64,000 nucleotides of DNA. Origin: Myxococcota bacterium. Its GTDB lineage: Bacteria; Myxococcota_A; UBA796; CAJQPC01. The stretch is taken from positions 160,001 to 224,000 of the forward strand of contig DASCPX010000070.1 in assembly GCA_036012755.1 (NCBI GenBank), given 5' to 3'. The position numbers and the translations under genes are program-made. The notes beneath the pieces were generated by a model. That model ran no database searches. It was not told the origin of the DNA and was given only the letters and a program-made list of their open reading frames with translations. Of this stretch, positions 40,345 to 60,909 are shown piece after piece (the first letter of the stretch is position 1; each line of letters opens with the position of its first letter).

Positions 40345-41070
40345 ATGGCCGCGACATCTACGATCGAATGGACCGAAGTCACCTGGAACCCCGTCACCGG
40401 CTGCACGAAGGTCAGCCCCGGCTGCAAGTTCTGCTACGCCGAGGTCATGGCCCGTCGGCTCCTGGCGATGAGAATGAAGCGCTACAGAAACGGCTTCGAC
40501 GTCACGCTGCAGCCCGACATTGTCGAGCTGCCCCTGCGGTGGCGCAAGCCTCGCGTCGTCTTCGTGAACTCGATGTCGGACCTCTTCCACGTCGACGTGC
40601 CAGAGGAGTACATCCTGCGCGTTTTCCAGACCATGGAGCGGGCCTCCTGGCACACCTTCCAGGTCCTCACGAAGCGCTCGGAGCGTCTCGCCGAGCTGGC
40701 ACCGAGGCTGCCCTGGCCCGACAACGTCTGGATGGGTGTGTCGGTCGAGGACCGCAAGCGCGTCTCACGGATCGGGGACCTCGCCAAGGTGCCCGCCGCC
40801 GTGCGCTTCCTCTCGATCGAGCCGATGCTGGAGGCCCTCCCGGAGCTCCCGCTCGAGGGCATTCACTGGGTCATCGTCGGCGGCGAGTCGGGGAGGCGGC
40901 CGCGCCCCATGGAGGCCTCATGGGTCCGCGACACGCAGATCCAGTGCGAGGCCGCCGGGGTCCCGTTCTTCTTCAAGCAGTGGGGCGGTACCAACAAGAA
41001 GAAGGCCGGCCGCCTGTTGGACGGTCGCGTCTGGGACGAGATGCCTACCTCACCCAGAGACGCTGCTTGA
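40345..41070 (+). CDS. DUF5131 / phage Gp37/Gp68 family protein
   Basis: GAGGAG ribosome-binding site; [54 protein letters not shown]. Confidence 0.93.
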   Translation: MAATSTIEWTEVTWNPVTGCTKVSPGCKFCYAEVMARRLLAMRMKRYRNGFDVTLQPDIVELPLRWRKPRVVFVNSMSDLFHVDVPEEYILRVFQTMERASWHTFQVLTKRSERLAELAPRLPWPDNVWMGVSVEDRKRVSRIGDLAKVPAAVRFLSIEPMLEALPELPLEGIHWVIVGGESGRRPRPMEASWVRDTQIQCEAAGVPFFFKQWGGTNKKKAGRLLDGRVWDEMPTSPRDAA

Positions 41071-42913
41071 ACTCCGCGTTCGCGACGTTCGTGTAGCCGC
41101 AGTAGGTGTAGCAGTAGTTCGGGCCGGGGCTTTGGCCAGTGCGCCCGTAGCCGTTGGAGACCCAGCTCCCGGTGACGCCGAACTTCGTGACCGAGGCGTC
41201 CGAGCTGTTCGTGTAGAGGGCCTGTGAGCTGGTGGTCGAGTACCAGTTCACGTGCAGGCTGAGCTCGGTCGTGTAGTCCGAGCCGCTGGGGTCCGCGGAC
41301 ATGATCAACAGTCCGTCCACCCCCCAGTCGCCGGAGTAGGCCGTCGCGTTGTTCTTGGAGTGGCTGCTGGCAGTGCCGGAGCAGGCATGGAGCGCCGTGT
41401 AGTTGTAGATGTTCGCTGGCTGGTTGTAGTTCGCGAACAGCAGACGCCGGCCCCCGCTGTCGTCTACGAGGCAGTCGAACTCCAAGGCGCCGTCGTCGTG
41501 AATCTGTGTGAAGAAGTCCTCGTCGTCCAAGAGGTAGGTGCCAGAGGTCAAGACCGTGCTGTCGGAGACCTGCACGACCTCGCCGATGAGCTCTGTGGTG
41601 CCGGCGGTGACGGGCATGAGGTTGCAGAAGTTGCCCTGGGTGGTGCTGTCGCCGGACAGATCCGTGTCGCCCCACTCCTCGGCGAGCAGCTTGTCGCGAG
41701 CCACGGACACGGAGCTCCACTCGCTGGAGTCGTAGCTGCTCGTGTCATAGGCGAAGCAGAGGGTCCACCCGCCGCCATCGGTGCTCATGTCGCACCAGGC
41801 GTCGAAGCTGCCGGCGCCGTCGGGATCGATGCTGTAGACCCCGTCGGTGGAGCTCGGCGCAACGGACAGGATCTCGTCGCAGGAGCCGCAGAGGCTGACG
41901 CTGGTGTCGGCGTCGTCGCAGTCGTCCCCGCCGCAGCTGGCGTCGGCGTAGCCGTCCCCGTCCGCGTCGTTGTCGACGCTGCCGTCGCAGTCGTAGTCCT
42001 CGCCGTCGCAGCCCGCCGTGGCGCCAGGGTTGTAGGCGGTGTCGCTGTCGTCGCAGTCGCCGCCGGTCGAGACGTAGTCGGAGCTGGGCCGGTCGCAGTC
42101 GCTCACTTCGTAGTCGTCGTCGCCGTAGCCGTCCCCGTCGTAGTCGAGGTACCAGCTCTTCTCGACGTCCTCGTCGACGTCTCCGTCGCAGTCGTTGTCC
42201 GCTTCGTCGCAGACCTCTTCGGCGCCGGGGTTGCTGCCGTCGTCTCCGTCGTCGCAGTCCGTGCCGTCCTCGACGTAGCCCTCGGGTCGGTCGCAGCTCT
42301 CCACCGTGTAGGCATCGGAGCCGTAGCCGTCGCCGTCGTAGTCGATGTTCCAGGTGCTCGCGTCCTCTGCGTCCTCGTCGACGTCCCCGTCGCAGTCGTC
42401 GTCGATCTCGTTGCAGGTCTCGCTGGCGCCGGGGTTGATCTGTGGGTCGTCGTCGTCACAGTCGCTGTCATCGTCGACGAGCCCGCCGCCGCCGTCGCAG
42501 TCGGTCTCGGTCACTTCAGGGTCGCCGAAGCCATCCCCGTCGCCGTCGACATGCCAGGTGTCACCCACGGCGTTGTCGGCTTCTCCGTCGCAGTCGTCGT
42601 CGAGCCCGTTGCAGATCTCCGTGGCCCCCGGGAAGACATCGTCGTCCTCGTCGTCGCAGTCGAGCGCTGCCTCGTAGCCATCGCCGTCGAGGTCGTCGTC
42701 CGGCGTGCTCTCGTTGCAGTCGTTGTCGAGGCCGTCGTAGGCGATCTCGTCGGCGCCGGGGTTCACGTCCGGGTCGCTGTCGTCGCAGTCGAGGTGCTCC
42801 TCCCAGCCGTCGCCGTCGACGTCGGTGACCGGCGGCGTCGAGTCCACCGGCGAGGTGTCGATGTAGGGGTAGTCTTTTGATCGGCAGGCGAGGGCGGCGA
42901 GGAGCAAGAGCAT
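41045..42913 (-). CDS. Paralogous Asp/Cys-repeat lipoprotein with fibrinogen-like start and a different C-terminal domain
   Basis: [10 protein letters not shown]; same repeat architecture as 38341..40263; [12 protein letters not shown] followed by unrelated sequence. Confidence 0.88.
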   Translation of the reverse strand: MLLLLAALACRSKDYPYIDTSPVDSTPPVTDVDGDGWEEHLDCDDSDPDVNPGADEIAYDGLDNDCNESTPDDDLDGDGYEAALDCDDEDDDVFPGATEICNGLDDDCDGEADNAVGDTWHVDGDGDGFGDPEVTETDCDGGGGLVDDDSDCDDDDPQINPGASETCNEIDDDCDGDVDEDAEDASTWNIDYDGDGYGSDAYTVESCDRPEGYVEDGTDCDDGDDGSNPGAEEVCDEADNDCDGDVDEDVEKSWYLDYDGDGYGDDDYEVSDCDRPSSDYVSTGGDCDDSDTAYNPGATAGCDGEDYDCDGSVDNDADGDGYADASCGGDDCDDADTSVSLCGSCDEILSVAPSSTDGVYSIDPDGAGSFDAWCDMSTDGGGWTLCFAYDTSSYDSSEWSSVSVARDKLLAEEWGDTDLSGDSTTQGNFCNLMPVTAGTTELIGEVVQVSDSTVLTSGTYLLDDEDFFTQIHDDGALEFDCLVDDSGGRRLLFANYNQPANIYNYTALHACSGTASSHSKNNATAYSGDWGVDGLLIMSADPSGSDYTTELSLHVNWYSTTSSQALYTNSSDASVTKFGVTGSWVSNGYGRTGQSPGPNYCYTYCGYTNVANAEFKQRLWVR

Positions 42914-42931
42914 CTGCCGAGCCTACCGGAC

Positions 42932-43032
42932 TGATCGGGTCTCAAGGACCGCCAAACGGTCCTTGAGGCCTGATCAACCCCTCTGATCGGCCTCCAAGGA
43001 CCGTGCTGCGGTCCTTGGGCTCCGATCAACCC
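42932..43032. repeat. Two tandem REP-like palindromes (52-bp period)
   Basis: TGATCGGGTCTCAAGGACCG-CCAAA-CGGTCCTTGAGGCCTGATCA and TGATCGGCCTCCAAGGACCG-TGCTG-CGGTCCTTGGGCTCCGATCA, each followed by ACCC. Confidence 0.85.
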
Positions 43033-43801
43033 TGCTCGAGGGCTGGGTCAGGGCGATGAGGCGCCGGTCACCCAGGCAGATCCGCGCGGCCGGCGAGGGG
43101 GCCTCGCGCCAACTCCTGCGGACGGCGTGGGCTCCGACACCGGCCAACCGGGCGAGGAGTCCTGCATCTTGCCAGCCCTGCTCGTGCGCGAGACGGAAGA
43201 ACTCGGCGCGCGCCGGTCCCCGGTGACGAAGCCCGCCGAGCGGTGTGCGGGTCGCTGCGAGCGCCGCGCGGGCGATGTCCGCGATGGGCCGCGTCGCGAC
43301 CGGGCTCGGTGGTGAGGTGCGCGGGGGTGCCGTGCCGACCACGGAGACGTGGGGATCCGAGGACACGTAGGCGTGGTGCCGGTCGGCGGAGCCCTCGATC
43401 CGAAGCAGCCGGGCCCGGTCCAGCCAGGGGTCCATCGCGGCCCCGAAGACCTCGCGGTGGGTGCTCCAGACCCACTCCAGCGGATCGTTGCAGAGCTCCG
43501 CGCGGCAGGGGTTGAGCGCGATGTAGCGAATGTCCCGGCGGACCTTGACTCGCCCCACAGCCTCGCTGAAGTCCACGTTCACGCCGCGCCAGCCTCGCAT
43601 CCTTCGCAACGATCGGCCGAGCCAGAGCGCTTCTTCTCGGCCGTCGATCTCCTCGACGAGCACGTGGAGGTGATTCCCCATGAGGCAGGCGGCGAGGACG
43701 CGGGGCCATCGAGAGCGCATGGCGGCCCAGGTCCGACGGCGGCACGAGGGATCGGCGAGCGGGAATCCGGCGGAGCGGGCGGTGAGCTGTGTGGCATGCA
43801 T
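42974..43801 (-). CDS. REP-associated tyrosine transposase (RAYT)-like HUH/Y1 protein
   Basis: ACLMGNHLHVLV (HUH), RYIALNPCRAELC (catalytic Y, NP), EWVWSTH; helical/HTH-like C-terminus. Confidence 0.8.
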   Translation of the reverse strand: MHATQLTARSAGFPLADPSCRRRTWAAMRSRWPRVLAACLMGNHLHVLVEEIDGREEALWLGRSLRRMRGWRGVNVDFSEAVGRVKVRRDIRYIALNPCRAELCNDPLEWVWSTHREVFGAAMDPWLDRARLLRIEGSADRHHAYVSSDPHVSVVGTAPPRTSPPSPVATRPIADIARAALAATRTPLGGLRHRGPARAEFFRLAHEQGWQDAGLLARLAGVGAHAVRRSWREAPSPAARICLGDRRLIALTQPSSRVDRSPRTAARSLEADQRG

Positions 43802-43912
43802 GCCAAGCCGCACAGCAAGCGCCGCGCCAGCCCCAGGTCCCCGAGATCACTTGCCCGCTCGTCCGCTCTCTGGCGGTTGGCCGTCACCAGCTGGAGCAGA
43901 AAGCGCCAGGCC

Positions 43913-45385
43913 CTACTCGGCGACGAAGCGGATCGCTGATCCGACAGCGCCCATGCAGCGATCCGTGATCTCTCCGTCCACGACGGTGACGTTCAGCGCC
44001 CGGTCGTAGCGGTCGGGCACGAAGAAGGAGGCCAGGGCGTCGTCGTCGGCGGGCATGCACTGGAGCTGGTCGGGGAGCCAGGCCTCCGGGTCGCACTTGG
44101 ACGCGTCGAAGAGCACGTCCTGGTCAGCGAGCTCTGCAAACAGCGTGGCCAGGCCGACGAAGTCCTCTGCGCCGGTCCTGGACACCTGGGTCGCCAAGTC
44201 GCGGATCAGGTCGGCCTCCTCGTCGTCCAGGCCCGGGGCGATGAGGGGCTCTGTCACCACCGGGTAGAACCAGTCCCCCGGCATGACCGTCAGGGTGGTC
44301 GAGAGCTCGAAGTCGTCGCTGTCGATTTCTTCTTCGACCAGGACCTGGCCCAGCTCCGCGTCCTCGATGTCCTCCTCGGTGGAGGCCCCCCCGGTGCGGA
44401 TCTGCAGCTCTCCGCCGGACGCGCGACCCACCCGGACCAGGAGCGTGATCTCCTCGCCATCGGCTGGGATCGGGACCTCGTCGCCCATCTGCCAGCTCCC
44501 CGAGTTCGTCTCCACCTCCACGAGCACCTGGGCCGAGGCCGGCGTCCTCGACACGAAGCTGTGGCGGTCGCCCAGGCCGTCGAGCAGGGCACCTTCGGTC
44601 TCTCCGTCGCTGCGGATCCAGGTCGTCGGGAAGCCAGGGAGCAGCACTGCGTGACGGTCGCTGCCTCCGATCACGGCGAGGTGCCGGCCGATGGCCAGCT
44701 GGGCCTCGTACCAGGTGAGGCTCTGGTCCGAGGCGAGGCCGCCCTGGTGCTGCACGGCCCGTCGGAAGGTGGCCCCGGCGTCCCCATGGCTGGCCTCCCA
44801 GGCTTCGAGATCCTCTGTCCGGAAGGGCGGCGCCATGAGCGCCCAGCCGCTGTTCCAGACCTCTACAGCGTCCTGGTCGGTCGTGTCCCAGGGCCAGGGG
44901 ATGTCTCGCAGGAAGGGGTGGTTGGGCGAAAACAGCGCCCCCTGGTCGTGGGTCGCGACGATGGCCAGCAGCGCGTCCTCCAGGGTCACGCCGTCGTCGT
45001 CGGGATCGTGATCGACGAACTCGTGGACGCCGTGGAGCCCAGCGTGCCCAGTGCTGCCGTACTCCTCGCCACCGATGAGCACCAGCGAGTCGCTCTGGTA
45101 GCCCTCGTCCTGCTGCTGATCGACCATGCGGTGGTCGGTCAGGGACACGAAGTCCAGCTCGTTCTCGCGGTACTCGGGGTGGGCCTCCTGGAAGGCAGGC
45201 TCGGCGAGCGAGGCGGCCAGCGCGAGGTTGGTGGCGACGTCCTCGAAGCCGCCCTCGTAGTCGCTGTGGACGTGGAGGTCGCCGCGCAGCCAGCCGTCGG
45301 CGCGGAGAGCGATCCCGGGGGTGGGCTCGGAGGGCACGGACGAGTCCTCGACCGTGGGTTTGCAGGCCAACAGTGCGATGAGCAT
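43913..45385 (-). CDS. PHP-fold CehA/McbA-family metallohydrolase lipoprotein
   Basis: WLRGDLHVHS, SLTDH, GEE, GHAG, NHP, EVWN, GGSDRH. Confidence 0.88.
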   Translation of the reverse strand: MLIALLACKPTVEDSSVPSEPTPGIALRADGWLRGDLHVHSDYEGGFEDVATNLALAASLAEPAFQEAHPEYRENELDFVSLTDHRMVDQQQDEGYQSDSLVLIGGEEYGSTGHAGLHGVHEFVDHDPDDDGVTLEDALLAIVATHDQGALFSPNHPFLRDIPWPWDTTDQDAVEVWNSGWALMAPPFRTEDLEAWEASHGDAGATFRRAVQHQGGLASDQSLTWYEAQLAIGRHLAVIGGSDRHAVLLPGFPTTWIRSDGETEGALLDGLGDRHSFVSRTPASAQVLVEVETNSGSWQMGDEVPIPADGEEITLLVRVGRASGGELQIRTGGASTEEDIEDAELGQVLVEEEIDSDDFELSTTLTVMPGDWFYPVVTEPLIAPGLDDEEADLIRDLATQVSRTGAEDFVGLATLFAELADQDVLFDASKCDPEAWLPDQLQCMPADDDALASFFVPDRYDRALNVTVVDGEITDRCMGAVGSAIRFVAE

Positions 45386-45409
45386 GTGGCCCTCTATCGC
45401 GCCGACCGC

Positions 45410-46543
45410 TCAGTCCTCGACGGCGGCCAGCACGTACTCGATCACCAGGTCGTGGGCGTCGTAGTCCGGGGCGTAGTCACGGGTGTTGGTCGTCACGACC
45501 ACGACGATGTCCTGCTCGGGCAGCAGGTAGACCAGCTGGCCGCCATAGCCCCAGGCCACGGCGAACTCGTGGTCCCCTGGGCGCCACAGCCACCAGAGGT
45601 AGCCGTAGCCGTGGCCCCAGCCGGCGTCCTGGTGCCACTGGTGGCTTGCCTCCAGCCAGTCCGCCGAGACGATCTGCTGGCCCTCCCAGCTCCCGCCGTC
45701 GAGGGCGAGCTGGCCGAAGCGAGCCAGCTCACGGGGGACCATCGCCACCCCGTAGCCGCCGGAGAAGTAGCCCTGGGGGTCGCGGCTCCAGTGCTCCGCC
45801 TCTGCGCCCAGTGGGTCCAGCAGCCGCTCGTGGGCGAGGTCGCAGAGGCTCCAGCCCGTGGCGTGGGCCAGGGCCGCCCCGAGGAGGTGGGTGGAGCCGG
45901 TGCTGTACTCGAAATGCTCCCCCGGTGTGTGGTCCTGGGGCAGGGCCAGGTAGGCAGCCAGCCAGTCCTCCTCGTCCTCGATCTCGTACTCCGTCTCGTC
46001 CTCGGTCCACGCCAGCCCCGAGCTCATCGTGAGCAGGTGCTCCACCGTGATGTCCCGCTTGCCGGGCTCCAGGCCCTCGAAGAGCTCCGGGAGCAGCTCG
46101 TCCACCGGCTGATCGAGCTCCATCTCTCCGCCCTCGATCGCCTGGCCGACCAGGAGCCCGAGCATGCTCTTGCTCGCCGAGTGGATGCTGTCGCTCTGGG
46201 TCTGGCTGGCGCCGTTGAAGCTCTCCTCGAGCACGACGTGTCCGTGTCGCAGGACCAGCAGGCTCCAGGCGAAGGGCTCGCCGGCCAGCTCGTCGGCTGC
46301 CCCCCCAAGGACCTCGGAGTCCAGGCCCTGCTCCTCTGGAGTGCTGCTGGGCAGCAGCTCTTCGACCTCGTCGGTGTAGCTCGGGTTGTCCTCGTAGAAG
46401 CCCGTGATGCTGGAGGGCCCAAGGGCCTCGCAGCGGCTGCTGACGGCGATGACAGGATCCTCGACCGGCTCCTCGATGACGGTGCGTCCCGGCGTCTCCC
46501 CCTGTCCTTGCACGCAGGCCAGCATCGCCGCGAGGGTGTTCAC
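45410..46543 (-). CDS. Serine hydrolase, beta-lactamase class C-like
   Basis: SASK (SxxK), HLLTMSSGL, FEYS, YGYLWW, AWGYGGQ. Confidence 0.9.
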   Translation of the reverse strand: MNTLAAMLACVQGQGETPGRTVIEEPVEDPVIAVSSRCEALGPSSITGFYEDNPSYTDEVEELLPSSTPEEQGLDSEVLGGAADELAGEPFAWSLLVLRHGHVVLEESFNGASQTQSDSIHSASKSMLGLLVGQAIEGGEMELDQPVDELLPELFEGLEPGKRDITVEHLLTMSSGLAWTEDETEYEIEDEEDWLAAYLALPQDHTPGEHFEYSTGSTHLLGAALAHATGWSLCDLAHERLLDPLGAEAEHWSRDPQGYFSGGYGVAMVPRELARFGQLALDGGSWEGQQIVSADWLEASHQWHQDAGWGHGYGYLWWLWRPGDHEFAVAWGYGGQLVYLLPEQDIVVVVTTNTRDYAPDYDAHDLVIEYVLAAVED

Positions 46544-46555
46544 CCGACCATTGTG

Positions 46556-48163
46556 TCAGCTCGCGACCAGGGTCTTCTGTCCAGGTCGGTAGCTTCCGCG
46601 AACATCCGGGCTGTCCATCACCCGAGCGAGCTCCGCAAAGCCCGGGTGACGCTCCGCCTTCAAGACCAGCAGCGAGGCGTTGCTCGCCGCCTTGACCGCG
46701 ATGGGCACGCCACCTCCGTACTCCGCCCAGTGGCCGCTGAGGAACATGTTCGGCACCGGGGTCTCGTAGTGGGCGACCCCGGCCTTGATGTTCTGCTTGT
46801 TGGGCCTGGCCGCCATGATGCTGCCGCCCCGGTTGTGCGTGTAGCGCCAGTGCGTGATCGGCGTGGCCACGTCCATGAGCTCGATGTGGCCGCGCAGACC
46901 GGGCGCAAGCGTTCGCTCGACCCGCTCGATCAGCACCGAGGCGTAGTCCTTCTTGGCTTCTCTGTACTCGGCGGTGCGCTCGTTTCCGGGACCGAGCTTC
47001 CAGTCCTGGTCCATGGTCGCCGAGCAGTAGATCGTGAGCGTGCCCTTGCCCTCTGGCGCCAGCGATCGGTCTCGGAAGGATGGAGCCAGCACGCTCAGTC
47101 CGGCGAGCTGGGGGTCGCCCTTGCCGTAGTCCTCGCGAGCGTGGCCCGCGTCTGTGAGGAAGACGAACTCCTCGTCGAAGCCGAGCTCCTCCACCGGGCA
47201 GTCCAGGCCCAGGTTCACCGACACCGACGAGGGGTAGAGATCGGCACCACGGATCTTCTCGAGCATCGGCTCCGGCACGGTGCCGGCTGGCAACATGCGC
47301 TCGTAGACCGTCTCCAGGTCGCAGGCAGCGAGCACGTAGCGACAGCGCACGACCTCGTCTTCGTGTGTGCGCACGCCGACGGCGAGGCCGTCCTCCAGCA
47401 GGATCTCCTCGACGCGACGCCTCAGCACCACGTGGCCGCCGTTTCCTCGGATCTGCTCGACGAGCCAGCGCGGGAAGGCCATCGAACCACCCTTCGGCGG
47501 CGCCTGGTAGTCCCCGAAATAGGCCCAGCCCAAGGGCACGAGGATCGACAGGAAGTCGAGCTCGGAGCACCACAGCTGCGCCAGGTCCGGCTCGAGCCCG
47601 AGCTCGGAGAGGCCCTCGACGGCCGTCTTCTTGTAGACCCGGATGAAGGGCAGGCCCCAGAAACTCAGGCGCATGCCGGCGTAGGCCTTGCCGAAGATGT
47701 TCCGGGTCTCGAAGGCCCGGTTGAACTCGGCGTAGCGAGCCATGCGGTCGCCGATCACCCGGGCCTTGTCGAAGAGCTCGTGCACCCCCCTGGCGGAGCT
47801 CGGAAAGTCCCGACACAAGGCCTCGCGCAGCTGGTCCGGCTCGTCGGTCAACAGGTAGTCCAGCTCTCCGCAGCGGACCCGACGGATCCGGTGCAGCGGC
47901 GGGCAGCTGGGGTGGTCGCGATCGATGTGGCCGAAGACCTTGTGGACGAAGCCCCCCGGCCCGCACTGGTTGAGCCAGTGGATCGCCGAGTCGAACTGGA
48001 ACCGCTTGCGCTCGAAGCCGGCGAGGTAGCCCCCAGGCTTGAGCTCCGGCTCGATGACGCAGACGCTCATGCCGGCCTTGCTCAGGAGCGCCCCCGCCGT
48101 GAGCCCGCCGATGCCACCGCCGACTACGACTACGTCCACCTGTGCAGGGATGTCGGGCTTCAC
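46556..48163 (-). CDS. FAD-dependent oxidoreductase, phytoene desaturase / retinol saturase-like
   Basis: VVVVGGGIGGLTAG Rossmann motif, FDSAIH, PKGGS, ATPITHWRYT...GSIM, GGGVP. Confidence 0.88.
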   Translation of the reverse strand: MKPDIPAQVDVVVVGGGIGGLTAGALLSKAGMSVCVIEPELKPGGYLAGFERKRFQFDSAIHWLNQCGPGGFVHKVFGHIDRDHPSCPPLHRIRRVRCGELDYLLTDEPDQLREALCRDFPSSARGVHELFDKARVIGDRMARYAEFNRAFETRNIFGKAYAGMRLSFWGLPFIRVYKKTAVEGLSELGLEPDLAQLWCSELDFLSILVPLGWAYFGDYQAPPKGGSMAFPRWLVEQIRGNGGHVVLRRRVEEILLEDGLAVGVRTHEDEVVRCRYVLAACDLETVYERMLPAGTVPEPMLEKIRGADLYPSSVSVNLGLDCPVEELGFDEEFVFLTDAGHAREDYGKGDPQLAGLSVLAPSFRDRSLAPEGKGTLTIYCSATMDQDWKLGPGNERTAEYREAKKDYASVLIERVERTLAPGLRGHIELMDVATPITHWRYTHNRGGSIMAARPNKQNIKAGVAHYETPVPNMFLSGHWAEYGGGVPIAVKAASNASLLVLKAERHPGFAELARVMDSPDVRGSYRPGQKTLVAS

Positions 48164-48285
48164 GCGGACGCCGATAGCACGCCCGGCCCAGCGGCGAGTG
48201 CCCCGTCGTCCCAACCGGAATAGACGTGCGCGCTCAGGAAGGTCGCACAATCACGCCAGAACAGCCAACCACAGCTCTCGAACCG

Positions 48286-49446
48286 GTGAACCACAAGACG
48301 TGGTTCTTCTGGAGGACCCTCGGTCGCCTCGCGCAGGGGCCTCTCTTCCGCTTGCGCACGCGGCGCCTGGCTCCCACGCCGTCGAGTGGTCCCCTCGTTC
48401 TGCTCGGCAACCACGCCGGCTTCGCCGACCCCTTCGTGATGGCTCTGTCGATGGCGCGGCCTGTGCACTTCATGGCCTCCGAGCAGCTCTTTCGCCACCC
48501 TCGAATCGGGCCGCTGATCCGCGGCGTGGGAGCCTTCCCCAAGGCCAAGTACGCGCGGGACAAGGCGGCCATCGCCAAGGTCCGGCTCCACACCGAGGCG
48601 GGCCACATCGTCGCCCTGTTCCCCGAAGGAAACCGGAGCTGGGACGGGCGCCCTCAGCCAGTCCTCCCGGGGCTGGGCTGGCTGCTCAAGAAGATCGACT
48701 GCCCTGTCGTCTTCGTTCGCAACCTCACGGGCTGGCTCGGCCACCCCCGGTGGGCCCAGTACCCCCGATACCTTCCGCTGCGGCTCGAGCTCAGCGAGCC
48801 GGTCACCTTCCCAGAAGACTGGTCCACCCAGCAGATCGAGGAGGAGTGCTCCCGGCGCATCGCCATCGACCCGGACACCATCGAGCTCGAGGGCTTCACC
48901 TGGAGCTACAAGCTGGCCCACGGGCTGCCGGTCTACCTCTGGGCCTGCCCGAGCTGTTTCGCGATGGACAGCCTGGCCGCGGACGGCGACCGCTTGCGCT
49001 GCGGCGGCTGTGGTGACGGTTGGACGATCGACGCGCTCACGCGTCTCCACCCGGATGGCGAGGGCGAGTTCACGACCGTCGCGAAGGCCTACGACCGCAT
49101 CATCGAGCACTTCGGCGAGCTCCCCACCGTCGACAGCGACCGCTTCGTCGACACCGGCGTGGCGCTGGAGGCCGACCGGCTGCGCGTCCTCCGCGTCGAT
49201 GGCACCGAGCTCTACGACGAGGCCGAGGGCGCCGCGATGCTGAGCAACAGCAGGCTCGTGGTCGGCGAGTGGTTCCTCCCACTCAAGGACCTGAAGGCCA
49301 TCTCCATCGAGCTGGGAAACAAGCTGCAGCTGCGCTGCGCTGACACCCTCTACCAGCTCGAGACCGACAGCCCGCTCAAGTGGGAACACTTCCTGACCGC
49401 ACACCACGCCGCGAGCCGCCCACGCCGCCGCGGCCGACGACGCTGA
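48286..49446 (+). CDS. PlsC-like (lysophospholipid) acyltransferase with C-terminal CxxC...CxxC module
   Basis: NHAGFAD (HxxxxD), FPEGNRS, WACPSC...RCGGC. Confidence 0.88.
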   Translation: MNHKTWFFWRTLGRLAQGPLFRLRTRRLAPTPSSGPLVLLGNHAGFADPFVMALSMARPVHFMASEQLFRHPRIGPLIRGVGAFPKAKYARDKAAIAKVRLHTEAGHIVALFPEGNRSWDGRPQPVLPGLGWLLKKIDCPVVFVRNLTGWLGHPRWAQYPRYLPLRLELSEPVTFPEDWSTQQIEEECSRRIAIDPDTIELEGFTWSYKLAHGLPVYLWACPSCFAMDSLAADGDRLRCGGCGDGWTIDALTRLHPDGEGEFTTVAKAYDRIIEHFGELPTVDSDRFVDTGVALEADRLRVLRVDGTELYDEAEGAAMLSNSRLVVGEWFLPLKDLKAISIELGNKLQLRCADTLYQLETDSPLKWEHFLTAHHAASRPRRRGRRR

Positions 49447-49458
49447 GAGACCGAGACT

Positions 49459-60846
<11,388 letters not shown>

Positions 60847-60909
60847 TCGCTGGGCCAGCACCACAGCGGCCCACGCTTGCGGTAGGGTCGCCGACCCGCG
60901 GAGGTCCCC

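Noticed and set aside
39000..42850. Dense GTCGTC/GCAGTC periodicity as a non-coding repeat array
   Set aside because: Fully explained by Asp/Cys codons of the repeat lipoproteins on the minus strand.
42932..43032. CRISPR mini-array
   Set aside because: Only two units with ~7-bp separation, no spacers and no cas genes; fits REP hairpins better.
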